The translations under genes and the position numbers were made by a program. The notes below the pieces were generated by a model. It saw nothing but the letters and a program-made list of their open reading frames with translations, had not been told where the DNA came from and did not search any database. 54,327 nt of DNA, from NCBI GenBank assembly GCA_035550895.1, contig DASZOG010000163.1, positions 1 through 54,327 of the forward strand, given 5' to 3'. Of this stretch, positions 26,328-35,806 are shown one piece after another (the first letter of the stretch is position 1; each line of letters starts with the position of its first letter). The stretch comes from Acidimicrobiales bacterium (GTDB taxonomy: Bacteria; Actinomycetota; Acidimicrobiia; Acidimicrobiales; Ilumatobacteraceae).

Positions 26328-27734
26328 CGCCAGCTTCGGCCAGGGGCGGATGCGCTCGTAGGCAACCGCCAGCTGCAGCGCGAGCGCGTCCTCGTGGCGG
26401 CGGGCGACGATCTGCATCCCGACCGGCACCCCGTCGACGAACCCGGCCGGCACGGACACGACCGGGTGCCCGGAGAGGTTGAACGGAGCGGTGAACAGCG
26501 CGGGAGCGGCCGGTCCGATGTCGCGCCCGGCGACCACGGTGGGGATCGGGCCTTCGACACCGAACGCCGGCACGGGAGAGGTGGGCAGCAGGAGGATGTC
26601 GGCCCGCTCGAACAGCTCGGCCAGTGCCATGCCGACCTGGTGGCGCATCTGGTTCGTGCGGGCGACGGCGTCGAGCGACAGGTCCGCGTCGGTGAAGGCG
26701 AGCTCCATCAGCGGCCGCGCCCCCGGCGTCGCGAGCAGGTTGGCGAAAATCTCTCCCGTCGCCTCGGCGGCGGCCGGGTCGGCGTCCGCGTACAGGATCG
26801 CCGCTCCGAGCGTGACGAGGTTCGGCAGCGTCAGGCCGGCGTCGACCCGGGCGACGCCGGTCCCGGCGATCAACGCGGCTGCCGCGTCGTTGACCACCTC
26901 GGCGACGTCAGCGTCGCTGGGGGCGATGCCGAGGTCGTCGACGACGGCCACGCGCAGCCCTGCGGGAAGTGGCTCGCGCAGCATCGCCTCGTAGGGGATC
27001 GGCGGCGGGGGCAGCGAGTACGGGTCGCGCTGGTCGACGCCGACGACGCAGTCCAGGTAGCGCGCCGTGTCGCCGACGGAGCGGGCGAGCGGCCCGTAGT
27101 GGACCAGGTTCGCGTGGCCGGTGTAGGCCGGGCTGCGCGGGACGCGCCCGTAGGTGCCCTTCACGCCGACGACGCCGCACCAGCCTGCAGGGAGACGGAT
27201 CGAGCCGCCCATGTCGGACCCGGTGGCCAGCGGGACCAGCCCGGCTGCGAGCGCCGCGCCGGCTCCGCCCGACGAGCCGCCCGGTGTGCGCTCCGTGTTC
27301 CACGGGTTGTGCGTCGGGCCGTGCAGGATCGAGGTCGTGTAGAACAGCCGGCCGATCTCGGGCGACGCGGTGAGCCCGACCGGCACCGCGCCGGCGGCGA
27401 GCAGGCGGGCGCTCATCGTCGTCGTCACCGTGGCGATGTGGTCCCGCCACGCCGTCGACGCGCCGGTGTCCGGCCAGCCCTCGACCGCCTCCAGCTCCTT
27501 GATCGCGAGCGGCACGCCCGCCAGCGGGCCTGGGTCCTCTCCGGCGCGGACGCGCCCGTCGATGTCCTCCGCGGTGCGCCTGGCCCGCTCCTCGTCGACG
27601 AACACGAATGCGTGCAAGGTGCCGTCGAGGCGGGCGATGCGCGCCAGGTGATGCTCCAGGACGTCGACAGCGCGCAGCTCGCCGGCGCGGACACGGTCGG
27701 CGATGGCAACGGCGTCGTCCTCGTGCAGCGGCAT
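26304..27734 (-). CDS. amidase (amidase-signature family), second copy
   Basis: 476 aa. GVPLAIKEL and GGSSGGAGAALAAGLVPLATGSDMGGSIRLPAGWCGVVGVKGT. The convergent 3' end overlaps amidase 1 by 24 nt. Confidence 0.92.
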   Translation of the reverse strand: MPLHEDDAVAIADRVRAGELRAVDVLEHHLARIARLDGTLHAFVFVDEERARRTAEDIDGRVRAGEDPGPLAGVPLAIKELEAVEGWPDTGASTAWRDHIATVTTTMSARLLAAGAVPVGLTASPEIGRLFYTTSILHGPTHNPWNTERTPGGSSGGAGAALAAGLVPLATGSDMGGSIRLPAGWCGVVGVKGTYGRVPRSPAYTGHANLVHYGPLARSVGDTARYLDCVVGVDQRDPYSLPPPPIPYEAMLREPLPAGLRVAVVDDLGIAPSDADVAEVVNDAAAALIAGTGVARVDAGLTLPNLVTLGAAILYADADPAAAEATGEIFANLLATPGARPLMELAFTDADLSLDAVARTNQMRHQVGMALAELFERADILLLPTSPVPAFGVEGPIPTVVAGRDIGPAAPALFTAPFNLSGHPVVSVPAGFVDGVPVGMQIVARRHEDALALQLAVAYERIRPWPKLASEFRVDV

Positions 27735-27742
27735 CCGGCACT

Positions 27743-27762
27743 AGATTAGTGACGGTTCACAT
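27743..27762 (-). promoter_or_regulatory. -10 element (TAATCT) and shared ATGTGAACCGT spacer motif; predicts a leaderless amidase-2 mRNA
   Basis: The minus strand reads aATGTGAACCGTcacTAATCTagtgccggATG. The -10 ends 8 nt before the ATG. No good -35 is present. Confidence 0.4.
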
Positions 27763-27777
27763 TGACGGGGGGAAGCG

Positions 27778-28998
27778 ATGGTGACGACGGCGGCCGGACC
27801 GGCGACCACCGCCGACGAGCAGGTCAACGAGGCCGTCGAGCAGCTGTTGCGCGACCACCCGCCCGCCTCGACCGACGCGCAGGCGTTCTGGGGCGCGCAG
27901 TTCGACCTCGGGCTGGCCTGGGTGCACTTCCCGCAGGGCCGCGGCGGCCTCGGGCTCGATCCCGACCTGCAACAGGTCGTCGACGACCGGCTACGCCGCG
28001 CCGGCGCGCCCGACCCGATGCTGCGCAACTTCATGGGCCTCGGGATGCTGGCCCCGACGCTGGTGGCGTTCGGGACCGGGGAGCAGCAGCATCGCCACCT
28101 CCGGCCGGCGTTCACCTGCGCGGAGATCTGGTGCCAGATGTTCTCCGAGCCCGGCGCCGGGTCCGACGTCGCCTCGCTGGCGACGCGCGCCGTGCGCGAC
28201 GGCGACGAGTGGGTCGTGCACGGGCAGAAGGTGTGGACGACGCTGGCGCACGTCGCCGACTTCGGGATGCTGCTCGCCCGCACGGACCCGGAGGTGCCGA
28301 AGCACCAGGGCCTGACCTACTTCCTGTGCGACATGCGCCAACCGGGAGTCGACGTCCGGCCGCTGCGGCAGATGACGGGTGAGGCGGAGTTCAACGAGAT
28401 CTTCCTCAGCGGGGCACGCATCCCGGACAGCCAGCGTGTCGGCGCCGTCGGCGACGGCTGGCGGGTGGCCATCGGCACGCTGATGAACGAGCGCGTCGCG
28501 CTCGGTGCGCTGGCGAAGGAAGACCGCGGCGGCGGCGTCGTCCGCCACGCGGTCCGCCTCATGCAGGAGCATGGCGGCGACGCGGTCGCCCGCGACCGGC
28601 TCGTGCGCCGCTGGATCGAGGCCGAGGTCGTCCGGTTGACGACGCTGCGCGCCCAGTCGGCACGGGAGCAGGGCACGCCCGGGCCGGAGGGTTCGATCCT
28701 CAAGCTCGCCGTCGGTGGCCTGCAGCAGCGGATCTTCGAGCTCTGTGTCGACGCGCTCGGCGCGCACGGGATGCTCATCGGTGACTACGAGATGCGCCGC
28801 CCGACGATCATGGGCGAGTCGTCCCTCGCCGGCGACGAGGTCGACCTCGTGAAGGCGTTCCTCGCCGTGCAGGGCACGACGATCGGCGGCGGGACGACCG
28901 ACATCGGGCGGAACATCCTCGGCGAGCGGGTGCTCGGGCTGCCCGGCGAGCCGCGCACCGACCGCGACCTGCCGTGGAGTCAGGTCCCGCGCAGCTGA
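27778..28998 (+). CDS. acyl-CoA dehydrogenase family protein
   Basis: 406 aa. CQMFSEPGAGSDVASLATRAVRDGDEWVVHGQKVWTT and GGGTTDIGRNILGERVLGLP. Confidence 0.92.
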   Translation: MVTTAAGPATTADEQVNEAVEQLLRDHPPASTDAQAFWGAQFDLGLAWVHFPQGRGGLGLDPDLQQVVDDRLRRAGAPDPMLRNFMGLGMLAPTLVAFGTGEQQHRHLRPAFTCAEIWCQMFSEPGAGSDVASLATRAVRDGDEWVVHGQKVWTTLAHVADFGMLLARTDPEVPKHQGLTYFLCDMRQPGVDVRPLRQMTGEAEFNEIFLSGARIPDSQRVGAVGDGWRVAIGTLMNERVALGALAKEDRGGGVVRHAVRLMQEHGGDAVARDRLVRRWIEAEVVRLTTLRAQSAREQGTPGPEGSILKLAVGGLQQRIFELCVDALGAHGMLIGDYEMRRPTIMGESSLAGDEVDLVKAFLAVQGTTIGGGTTDIGRNILGERVLGLPGEPRTDRDLPWSQVPRS

Positions 28999-29007
28999 AG
29001 GAGACCG

Positions 29008-29853
29008 ATGTCGTCCTACGAGACCGTGCTCGTCGACGTCGAGAGTGGTGTCGCCACCGTCACCCTCAACCGCCCGCAGGCGATGAACGCGTTCGACCTG
29101 CGGATGACCGCTGAGCTCGACGAGGCCATCTGGTCGCTGGAGCGGGACGACTCCGTGCGGGCGATCGTGCTCACCGGGGCCGGCAAGGCGTTCAGCACCG
29201 GGATGGACCTCTCCACGGGCGCCGACACGTTCGGCGACGAGATGCACGAGCGGCACAACGCCGAGGTCGGCGCGACCGACGCCGAGCTCACCGAGCGGTA
29301 CGCGTTCTGGACGATGCGGACGCCGTTGATCGCGGCGATCAACGGCATCGCCATCGGGGCTGGTCTGACGATCACCTTCCTCGCCGACGTGCGTATCGTC
29401 GCCGAGGACGCCCGCCTGCGCATGCCGTTCGTGCGGCTCAACGTGCTCCCGGACGCGAACTCGACGTGGCTTCTCCCCCGCCTCGTCGGGCTCTCGCGGG
29501 CCCTCGAGCTGATGCTCACGGGGCGGTGGTTCACCGGCCGCGAAGCGGCCGACATCGGCCTCGCCTCGCGGGCCGTGCCGGCGGACGAGGTGCTGCCGGC
29601 GGCGCAGGAGCTGGCGCACGAGATCGCCGCGCACACCGCTCCTCTCGCGGTCGGGCTGACGAAGCATCTCGTCTACAAGAATCTGATGGAAGCGGACCGG
29701 GTTGCCGCGTTCACCGAGGAGACCCGACTGATCTGGTGGACCGGCTCGCAACCGGACACCGCGGAGGGCGTCACCGCCCTGCTCGGCAGGCGGACCCCGC
29801 AGTGGACGCAGTCGAAGCACACGCCGCTCCCGGACGACCTGCCCGAGCGGTGA
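29008..29853 (+). CDS. enoyl-CoA hydratase/isomerase (crotonase) family protein
   Basis: AAGGAG lies upstream. VATVTLNRPQAMNAF, VLTGAGKAFSTGMDL and AAINGIAIGAGLT. Confidence 0.9.
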   Translation: MSSYETVLVDVESGVATVTLNRPQAMNAFDLRMTAELDEAIWSLERDDSVRAIVLTGAGKAFSTGMDLSTGADTFGDEMHERHNAEVGATDAELTERYAFWTMRTPLIAAINGIAIGAGLTITFLADVRIVAEDARLRMPFVRLNVLPDANSTWLLPRLVGLSRALELMLTGRWFTGREAADIGLASRAVPADEVLPAAQELAHEIAAHTAPLAVGLTKHLVYKNLMEADRVAAFTEETRLIWWTGSQPDTAEGVTALLGRRTPQWTQSKHTPLPDDLPER

Positions 29854-31163
29854 CGACGACCGCCACGCGCCCGAAGCCGCCGCGCTGGGGGCCGCTCGGC
29901 CTGGTGCCGGCGCTCGTGCTCGTGTCGGTGAACTTCCTCGACGGGATGGAGGCGAACTTCATCCCCGGCGTGCTGTCGCTGCTGCAGGACGAGTGGGGCT
30001 TCGGCGACACCGCCGCGGGCGCGATCCCGACGGCGATGGCGATCGCCGGCCTGCTCGTCACACTTCCCGCCGGCTACCTCGCCGATCGCGTCGTCCGCAC
30101 CCGCCTCCTCGCTGTCGTCGTCGCCTCGTGGTCGGTGTTCACCCTCGCCTCGGCGCTGGCCACCGCGTTCTGGATGTTCTTCGTCATCCGCGTCCTGCTG
30201 GGCACAGCGGCGCACGTGGACAACCCGTGCTCGTCCAGCCTGATCACCGACTACTACCCCGCCGCGTCGCGAGCGCGCGTCTTCGCGCTGCAGCGCGCCG
30301 CGTGGTACGTCGGCATCTCGCTCGGGATCGCCCTCGGCGGCGTGCTCGGCGAAGCGTTCGGGTGGCGCGCCCCGTTCCTCGTGATGGTCCTCCCCGGCCT
30401 CGTCGTCGCGCTGTTGGTGTGGCGGCTGCCCGAGCCCGTGCGCGGCGGCCTGGAGCCGCCCGCGGATGGAGCGCGGGCGACTGCAGCTGGGGTGGATGTC
30501 GCGCCGGTCCCGGCATCCGGGCGCGGCTGGCGCGCGCTGTGGGCGGATGCCCGCTCGCTGCTCGACGTGCCGACCCTGCGCCTGGTGTTCGTCGGCGTGG
30601 CAGTGGCGTTCGCCGGCTTCAACGGCCTCGGCTACTGGCTCCCCAGCTTCTGGGAGCGCCAGTTCGACCTCAGCGAGGGCGAGAGTGCAGCCCTGACCGG
30701 CGCGGTAGCCCTCGTGGCCACGCTCAGCGGGTCGTGGATCGGCGGCGTGCTCGGCGACCGGTGGCACGCCAGCCGCCGTGCCGGCCGCATCGACCTCGCC
30801 GCGGGCGCCCTGCTGATCGGCGGGGTCGTGCTCGTCGTGTCGTTGGCGATGCCGGTGCTCGTCGTGCAGATCCCGCTCCTCGTGGTCGCGGCGATCCTCC
30901 TCGTCTCGGGCATGCCGAGCTACGCCGCGGCCGTGGCGGACGTGCTGCCCGTCAGCAGGCGAGGCATCGGGTTCGCGCTCTTCACGTTCCTCGTCACACT
31001 CGCCAGCGCGCTCGGCCCGCTGCTCGTCGGCGTCGTCTCCGATCTCACCGGGTCGCTGCGTACAGCGCTGATCGCCGGCGCGCTCCCCTGCATCCCCGGC
31101 GCGTTCGTCCTCGCTCGCGCCCGCACCACCTACCCGGCTGACGCCGCGGCGATCAGCGGTTGA
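29850..31163 (+). CDS. MFS transporter
   Basis: GTG 29850 overlaps the crotonase stop (GTGA). ~12 TM helices. LPAGYLADRVVRTRLL and GVVSDLTGSLRTAL. The track ORF 29466..31163 over-extends. Confidence 0.85.
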   Translation: MTTTATRPKPPRWGPLGLVPALVLVSVNFLDGMEANFIPGVLSLLQDEWGFGDTAAGAIPTAMAIAGLLVTLPAGYLADRVVRTRLLAVVVASWSVFTLASALATAFWMFFVIRVLLGTAAHVDNPCSSSLITDYYPAASRARVFALQRAAWYVGISLGIALGGVLGEAFGWRAPFLVMVLPGLVVALLVWRLPEPVRGGLEPPADGARATAAGVDVAPVPASGRGWRALWADARSLLDVPTLRLVFVGVAVAFAGFNGLGYWLPSFWERQFDLSEGESAALTGAVALVATLSGSWIGGVLGDRWHASRRAGRIDLAAGALLIGGVVLVVSLAMPVLVVQIPLLVVAAILLVSGMPSYAAAVADVLPVSRRGIGFALFTFLVTLASALGPLLVGVVSDLTGSLRTALIAGALPCIPGAFVLARARTTYPADAAAISG

Positions 31164-32346
31164 CGGCCGGCTCCCGGGGCAGGCCGAGCACGGCCTCGCC
31201 GATGATGTTGCGCTGGATCTCGTCGGTGCCACCGCCGATGTGCATGGCGAACGAGCCGAGCAGCGCGTCGGGCCAGCGCCCGCCCTCGGGTGCGACGTCG
31301 CCGGTGAGACTGCCGCTCTCGCCGAGCACGTCGCAGCCGGCGTCGGCCAGCGCCGTGCCGAGCTGCGCCGCCGCCAGCTTCAGCACCGAGCCCTCGACAC
31401 CAGGGATCGCGCCGCGCGCCAGGCTGGAGCGCACCCGAGACGTCGTCAGATCGAACACCCGGGCGAGCGTGTACAGGCCCGCCAACCGCTGCCGGTGGCG
31501 CGCGTCGCGGGCCGCCCCGGACCGCTGTGCCAGATCGACGAGCGCGCGCACTGGGCCGACCGCGGATCCCATCGCGCCGGCGGCGAGGCGTTCGTTCATC
31601 ATCGTCGTCCGCGCGACGCGCCAGCCGTCGTTCTCGTCGCCGACGCGGTTGGCGACCGGCACGCGCACGTCCGAGAAGAACACCTCGTTGAAGTGCGCGT
31701 CGCCGGTGATCTGGCGCAGTGGCCTGACCTCGATGCCCTGTGAGCGCATGTCGACGACGAGGCACGTGATGCCGTGGTGCTTCGGCGCCACCGGATCGGT
31801 GCGGAACACGCCGAGCCCGAAGTCGGCGTAGTGCGCCCCGCTGGTCCACACCTTCTGGCCGGTGACCACGTAGGTGTCGCCGTCGCGGCGGGCGTGTGCG
31901 GAGAGCGACGCCAGGTCGCTTCCTGCACCGGGCTCGCTCCACAGCTGGCACCAGATCTCCCGCCCCTCGAGCATCGGGCGCAGGTATCGCTCACGCTGCG
32001 TGTCCGTACCGTGGGCGATGATCGTGGGCCCGATCATGTTGATCCCGATCGCGAACAGGTTTGGGGGCAGCTCGCGCCGGGCGAGCTCCTCGGCGAGGAC
32101 GATCGCCTCCAGCGGGCCGGCACCTCTCCCGCCGAGCTCGACGGGCCAGGTGACCGCCGCCCAGCCGCCTTCGGCGAGCGTCAGCTGCCACGTCTTGGCC
32201 GCGGCGATCGACGCCGGATCGTCGCGAAACCCGGAGAGCACGGACAGCGGCTCGGTGGCGTCGGTGCGCGGCCGGGTGCGCGACACCAGCCACGCCCTGA
32301 CGTCGGCCCGGAACGCCGCCTCGCGCGGTGAGTCGTCGAAGTCCAC
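31153..32346 (-). CDS. acyl-CoA dehydrogenase family protein
   Basis: 397 aa. CQLWSEPGAGSDLASLSAHARRDGDTYVVTGQKVWTS and GGGTDEIQRNIIGEAVLGLP. Confidence 0.92.
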   Translation of the reverse strand: MDFDDSPREAAFRADVRAWLVSRTRPRTDATEPLSVLSGFRDDPASIAAAKTWQLTLAEGGWAAVTWPVELGGRGAGPLEAIVLAEELARRELPPNLFAIGINMIGPTIIAHGTDTQRERYLRPMLEGREIWCQLWSEPGAGSDLASLSAHARRDGDTYVVTGQKVWTSGAHYADFGLGVFRTDPVAPKHHGITCLVVDMRSQGIEVRPLRQITGDAHFNEVFFSDVRVPVANRVGDENDGWRVARTTMMNERLAAGAMGSAVGPVRALVDLAQRSGAARDARHRQRLAGLYTLARVFDLTTSRVRSSLARGAIPGVEGSVLKLAAAQLGTALADAGCDVLGESGSLTGDVAPEGGRWPDALLGSFAMHIGGGTDEIQRNIIGEAVLGLPREPAVNR

Positions 32347-32440
32347 GTCCAGCTGCTCCCCTGTTTGGACGTGAACGAACGCTAACAGTCGGCGCCTACG
32401 CTCGACCCGACGAGGAGTGCGCTCAGCAATTGGCGCGCTC

Positions 32441-33226
32441 CTAGGGCGGCGGGTCGCTGGGCGGGCCGGCGAAGCATTGCGCGATCTGTAGCCAGCGCAC
32501 CGCGCCGGGCCCGGTGGCGCGCAGCGCAGTGTCGTCGACGTGGCGGCGACGGCAGACCACGAGGCAGAAGTCCCCGACGGAGCCCTCGACGCGCTCGGCA
32601 GCGTGCGCGGGCCCCCAGTCCCACCGCTCGCCGTTCGGCCCGGTCAACACCACGTGTGGTTCCGCGTCCGGGACCGGCTCGCCGCGGTTGCGGAACGAGA
32701 ACGCCCGCGTCCTCACGCCGAGGTCGGCGATGTGGCGCAGCCGGGCGGACGGAGGCGGCGGCGGTGTCCCGGTGGCCTCGACGACGTCGTGCCCGTGGGC
32801 CCACGTCTCCATCACCCGCGCCGTGACGAACGAGGAGATGCTCATCGGCCCCGTGATCCAACCGATCCGGTCGCCGCCGGCGTAGTTGCGGACCGCGTCG
32901 AGGGTCGTGCTGGCCGCCGTCGTCCACCACTCCCGCAGCTCCGCCGGCGACAGCTCGCGGGCGCGGCGGGCCTGGTCCCGTTCCAGCTCCTCCAGGTCGG
33001 CCACGAGCTCGGAGAGTCGGGTCGCGAAGGCCCCCGGATCGGCCGCCGCGAGCCCGGCCAGCTCCTCACCGACGGCCAGATGGGCGACCTGGTCGCGGAC
33101 CGCCCACCCCGGCGCTGGTGTCGGCGCGTCCCAGGCCTCCTCCGGCAGCGCAGCGAGCACCGCCGCCAGGACCGCCTGCTCCGCGGCGAGGTCGGCGAGC
33201 AGTTCGTCCACCGTGGGCCGGCTCAC
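32441..33226 (-). CDS. TIGR03084-family / DinB-like (MDMPI N-terminal) metal-binding protein
   Basis: 261 aa. APGWAVRDQVAHL, ARVMETWAHGHDV and FCLVVCRRRHVDDT are typical of this family. Confidence 0.75.
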   Translation of the reverse strand: MSRPTVDELLADLAAEQAVLAAVLAALPEEAWDAPTPAPGWAVRDQVAHLAVGEELAGLAAADPGAFATRLSELVADLEELERDQARRARELSPAELREWWTTAASTTLDAVRNYAGGDRIGWITGPMSISSFVTARVMETWAHGHDVVEATGTPPPPPSARLRHIADLGVRTRAFSFRNRGEPVPDAEPHVVLTGPNGERWDWGPAHAAERVEGSVGDFCLVVCRRRHVDDTALRATGPGAVRWLQIAQCFAGPPSDPPP

Positions 33227-33255
33227 ACCGTTGTGTCTAGTGCAGCGCGGTCTCG

Positions 33256-33284
33256 TTGACGGTCCTGCGAGCCGTCGTTAGCGT
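33256..33284 (+). promoter_or_regulatory. promoter of the crotonase / CoA-ligase operon (TTGACG-N17-TAGCGT)
   Basis: TTGACG at 33256-33261, a 17-nt spacer containing TGCGAGCCGTCGT, then TAGCGT at 33279-33284. It lies 43 nt upstream of ATG 33327. Confidence 0.55.
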
Positions 33285-33326
33285 CAGCGGACCGCGAGAC
33301 CACGCGCTGCCGACCGGGGGACGACG

Positions 33327-34127
33327 ATGGCGGACGAAGTGCTCTACGACATCGAGGACCGCGTCGCGACGATCACGCTGAACCGCCCGGAGCGGCTGAA
33401 CGCGGCGACGTTCGAGCTCGGCGAGCAGCTGCGTAGCGCGTTCCGTGCTGCTGGCACGGATCCCGAGGTGCGGGCGGTGATCCTCACCGGCGCCGGTCGC
33501 GGCTTCTGCTCCGGCGACGACATCGAGGCGGCGTGGGGCGACCCGCGGATGCAGGACACGCTCGCCGAGCTCGCCTCACCGCGGCCGCCGATGACCCCCG
33601 AGGTCGCGGCGATCGCCGACTGCCCGAAGCCGACGATCGCGGCCGTGAACGGCATCGCGGTCGGGATCGGCATGGACCTCGCCGTGCTCTGCGACATCCG
33701 CCTCGCGTCGGAGCACGCCCGGTTCGGCCAGCTGTTCGTCAAGATGGGCCTGATGGCCGACGTCACCGGCTACTGGTGGCTGCCCCGCCTCATCGGACCG
33801 TCCGGCGCGGCGCGCCTGCTCTTCACGGGCGACGTCATCGACGCTGCCGAAGCGCTGCGCATCGGCCTCGTGTCCGAGGTCCACCCGGCCGGCGAGCTGC
33901 TCCCCGCGGCGCGGGCGCTGGCCACGCGCATCGCCGCCAACCCTCCGCTGGCGGTGGCCCACATCAAGGAAGGTCTCCGGCGGGGCGCCGCCACCGACCG
34001 CAACGGCCTGCCCGACCTCGCCGCGTTCGTGGGCAACGGCCTCGCCCGCCTGTTCGCCACCGAGGATCACGCCGAGGCGGCGGCGGCGTTCGTCGCCAAG
34101 CGCCCACCCGTCTTCACCGGCCGCTGA
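33327..34127 (+). CDS. enoyl-CoA hydratase/isomerase family protein
   Basis: 266 aa. VATITLNRPERLNA, LTGAGRGFCSGDD and AAVNGIAVGIGMD. Confidence 0.9.
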   Translation: MADEVLYDIEDRVATITLNRPERLNAATFELGEQLRSAFRAAGTDPEVRAVILTGAGRGFCSGDDIEAAWGDPRMQDTLAELASPRPPMTPEVAAIADCPKPTIAAVNGIAVGIGMDLAVLCDIRLASEHARFGQLFVKMGLMADVTGYWWLPRLIGPSGAARLLFTGDVIDAAEALRIGLVSEVHPAGELLPAARALATRIAANPPLAVAHIKEGLRRGAATDRNGLPDLAAFVGNGLARLFATEDHAEAAAAFVAKRPPVFTGR

Positions 34128-34150
34128 CGTCCGCATCGTGGAGGACCCGG

Positions 34151-35752
34151 ATGCTCGATCGTGATCTCGTCCTGCCCCACCTGATCGCCCGCCGCGCCGA
34201 CGCGACACCCGACCGGGCGGCGATGAAGGACGTCGCCGGGCGGGTGATGACCTATGCCGAGCTGTCGGCCGAGCAGCTCCGCTGGGCCGCGGCGTTGCGC
34301 CGCCTCGGCGTGGAACCGGGCGAGAACGTCGTCACGATGGTGCCGAACTCGTTCGAGTCCTATCTCGTCTGGCTCGGCCTCGCCTGGCTGCGCGCAGTCG
34401 AGGTGCCGACGAACAACGGCTACCTCGGCGAGATGCTGCGCTACCTCATCAGCAACTCCGAGGCGCGCACCGCGGTGATCGCCCACCGCTTCCTCGACCG
34501 GCTCGCCGCCGTCGCGCCGGAGCTCGAGCGGCTGGACACCGTCGTCGTGCCCGACGCCGACGAATCCTTCCCGGACTGCGGCGGAATCCGCCTCGTCGGC
34601 GCGTCCGAGTTCTTCGGCGGCGCCGAAACGGCCGTCGATCTCGCCGGGCCGGCGTACCACGACATCTGCTCGATGATCTACACCTCCGGGACCACGGGGC
34701 CGTCGAAGGGCGTGCTCGTGCCGTGGGCGGAGCTGTTCGAGTTCGTGCGCATCCTGCCCTCCGACTTCGTGGAGGAGGACGGCGCCTACTACACGATGTA
34801 CCCGGCGTACCACATCTCGGGGAAGTCCTCGCTGTACGTCGCGGCGCGGGCGCACGGGCACATCGTCCTGCGCGAGACGTTCAGCCTCGGGGAGTTCTGG
34901 GACGACATCCGCCGCTTCGACGTCCGCGCCGCCGGGCTGGTCGGCCCGATGGCCGGCCTTCTCCTCTTGGCGCCGGAACAGCCGGACGACGCCGACAACC
35001 CTCTGGACCGGATCTACGTCGGGCCGATCATCCCCCAGATCGAGCAGTTCATGCAGCGCTTCGGGGTGACCAAGGTCGGCACCGGATTCGGGATGACCGA
35101 GATCGGCGCGCCGATCGTCTCCAGCGGCTTCTCGCTGGCCAACTACCAGAGCTGCGGACGGGCGCGGACCGGGCCGCCGCACTACGAGGTGCGCGTCGTC
35201 GACGAGCTCGACGAGGACGTCGGACCGAACCGGGTCGGCGAGCTCGTCGTGCGCGCCGGCGAGCCGTGGGTGCTGTGCGCCGGCTACTACAACATGCCGG
35301 AGAAGACGGCTGAGGCGTGGCGCAACGGCTGGTTCCACACCGGCGACGGCTTCCGGTACGACGAGGAGGGGAACTTCTACTTCGTGGACCGGTTGAAGGA
35401 CGCCATCCGCCGGCGCGGAGAGAACGTGTCCTCGTTCGAGGTCGAAGCGCTCGTCAACCAGCACCCGCAGGTCGCCGAATCCGCCGCCGTAGCGGTGCCG
35501 GCCGAGATCGGCGAGGACGAGATCAAGGTGTGCGTGGTCGTCCGCCCGGGAGAGGAGCTCGCGCCTGAGGAGCTGATCGCGTTCCTCGAGCCGCGCATGC
35601 CGCGGTTCATGATCCCCCGTTTCGTCGAGGTGATCGACGCGCTGCCCAAGACGCAGGCGACGATGCGGACGCGCAAGATCGAGCTGCGCGAGGACGCGCG
35701 CAATGCCCGGACGTGGGACAGGGAGGCCGCCGGGATCACGGCGAATGACTGA
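34151..35752 (+). CDS. AMP-dependent acyl-CoA synthetase/ligase
   Basis: ATG 34151 is preceded by GGAGGA. AMP motifs: MIYTSGTTGPSKGV, GFGMTEIG, WFHTGDGFRYDEEGNFYFVDRLKDAIRRRGENVSSFEVE. The track ORF 33533..35752 over-extends. Confidence 0.92.
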   Translation: MLDRDLVLPHLIARRADATPDRAAMKDVAGRVMTYAELSAEQLRWAAALRRLGVEPGENVVTMVPNSFESYLVWLGLAWLRAVEVPTNNGYLGEMLRYLISNSEARTAVIAHRFLDRLAAVAPELERLDTVVVPDADESFPDCGGIRLVGASEFFGGAETAVDLAGPAYHDICSMIYTSGTTGPSKGVLVPWAELFEFVRILPSDFVEEDGAYYTMYPAYHISGKSSLYVAARAHGHIVLRETFSLGEFWDDIRRFDVRAAGLVGPMAGLLLLAPEQPDDADNPLDRIYVGPIIPQIEQFMQRFGVTKVGTGFGMTEIGAPIVSSGFSLANYQSCGRARTGPPHYEVRVVDELDEDVGPNRVGELVVRAGEPWVLCAGYYNMPEKTAEAWRNGWFHTGDGFRYDEEGNFYFVDRLKDAIRRRGENVSSFEVEALVNQHPQVAESAAVAVPAEIGEDEIKVCVVVRPGEELAPEELIAFLEPRMPRFMIPRFVEVIDALPKTQATMRTRKIELREDARNARTWDREAAGITAND

Positions 35753-35778
35753 CGCCGCCAGGCTGGCGGCGAGGCGGA

Positions 35779-35798
35779 TGCGAGCCGTCGTTTACACT
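35779..35798 (+). promoter_or_regulatory. second copy of TGCGAGCCGTCGTT followed by -10 TACACT; predicts a leaderless DUF35 / thiolase / TetR transcript
   Basis: TGCGAGCCGTCGTT at 35779-35792 is identical to 33266-33279. TACACT lies at 35793-35798 and GTG 35807 starts 8 nt after it. No convincing -35 is present. Confidence 0.4.
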
Positions 35799-35806
35799 CG
35801 AACGGC

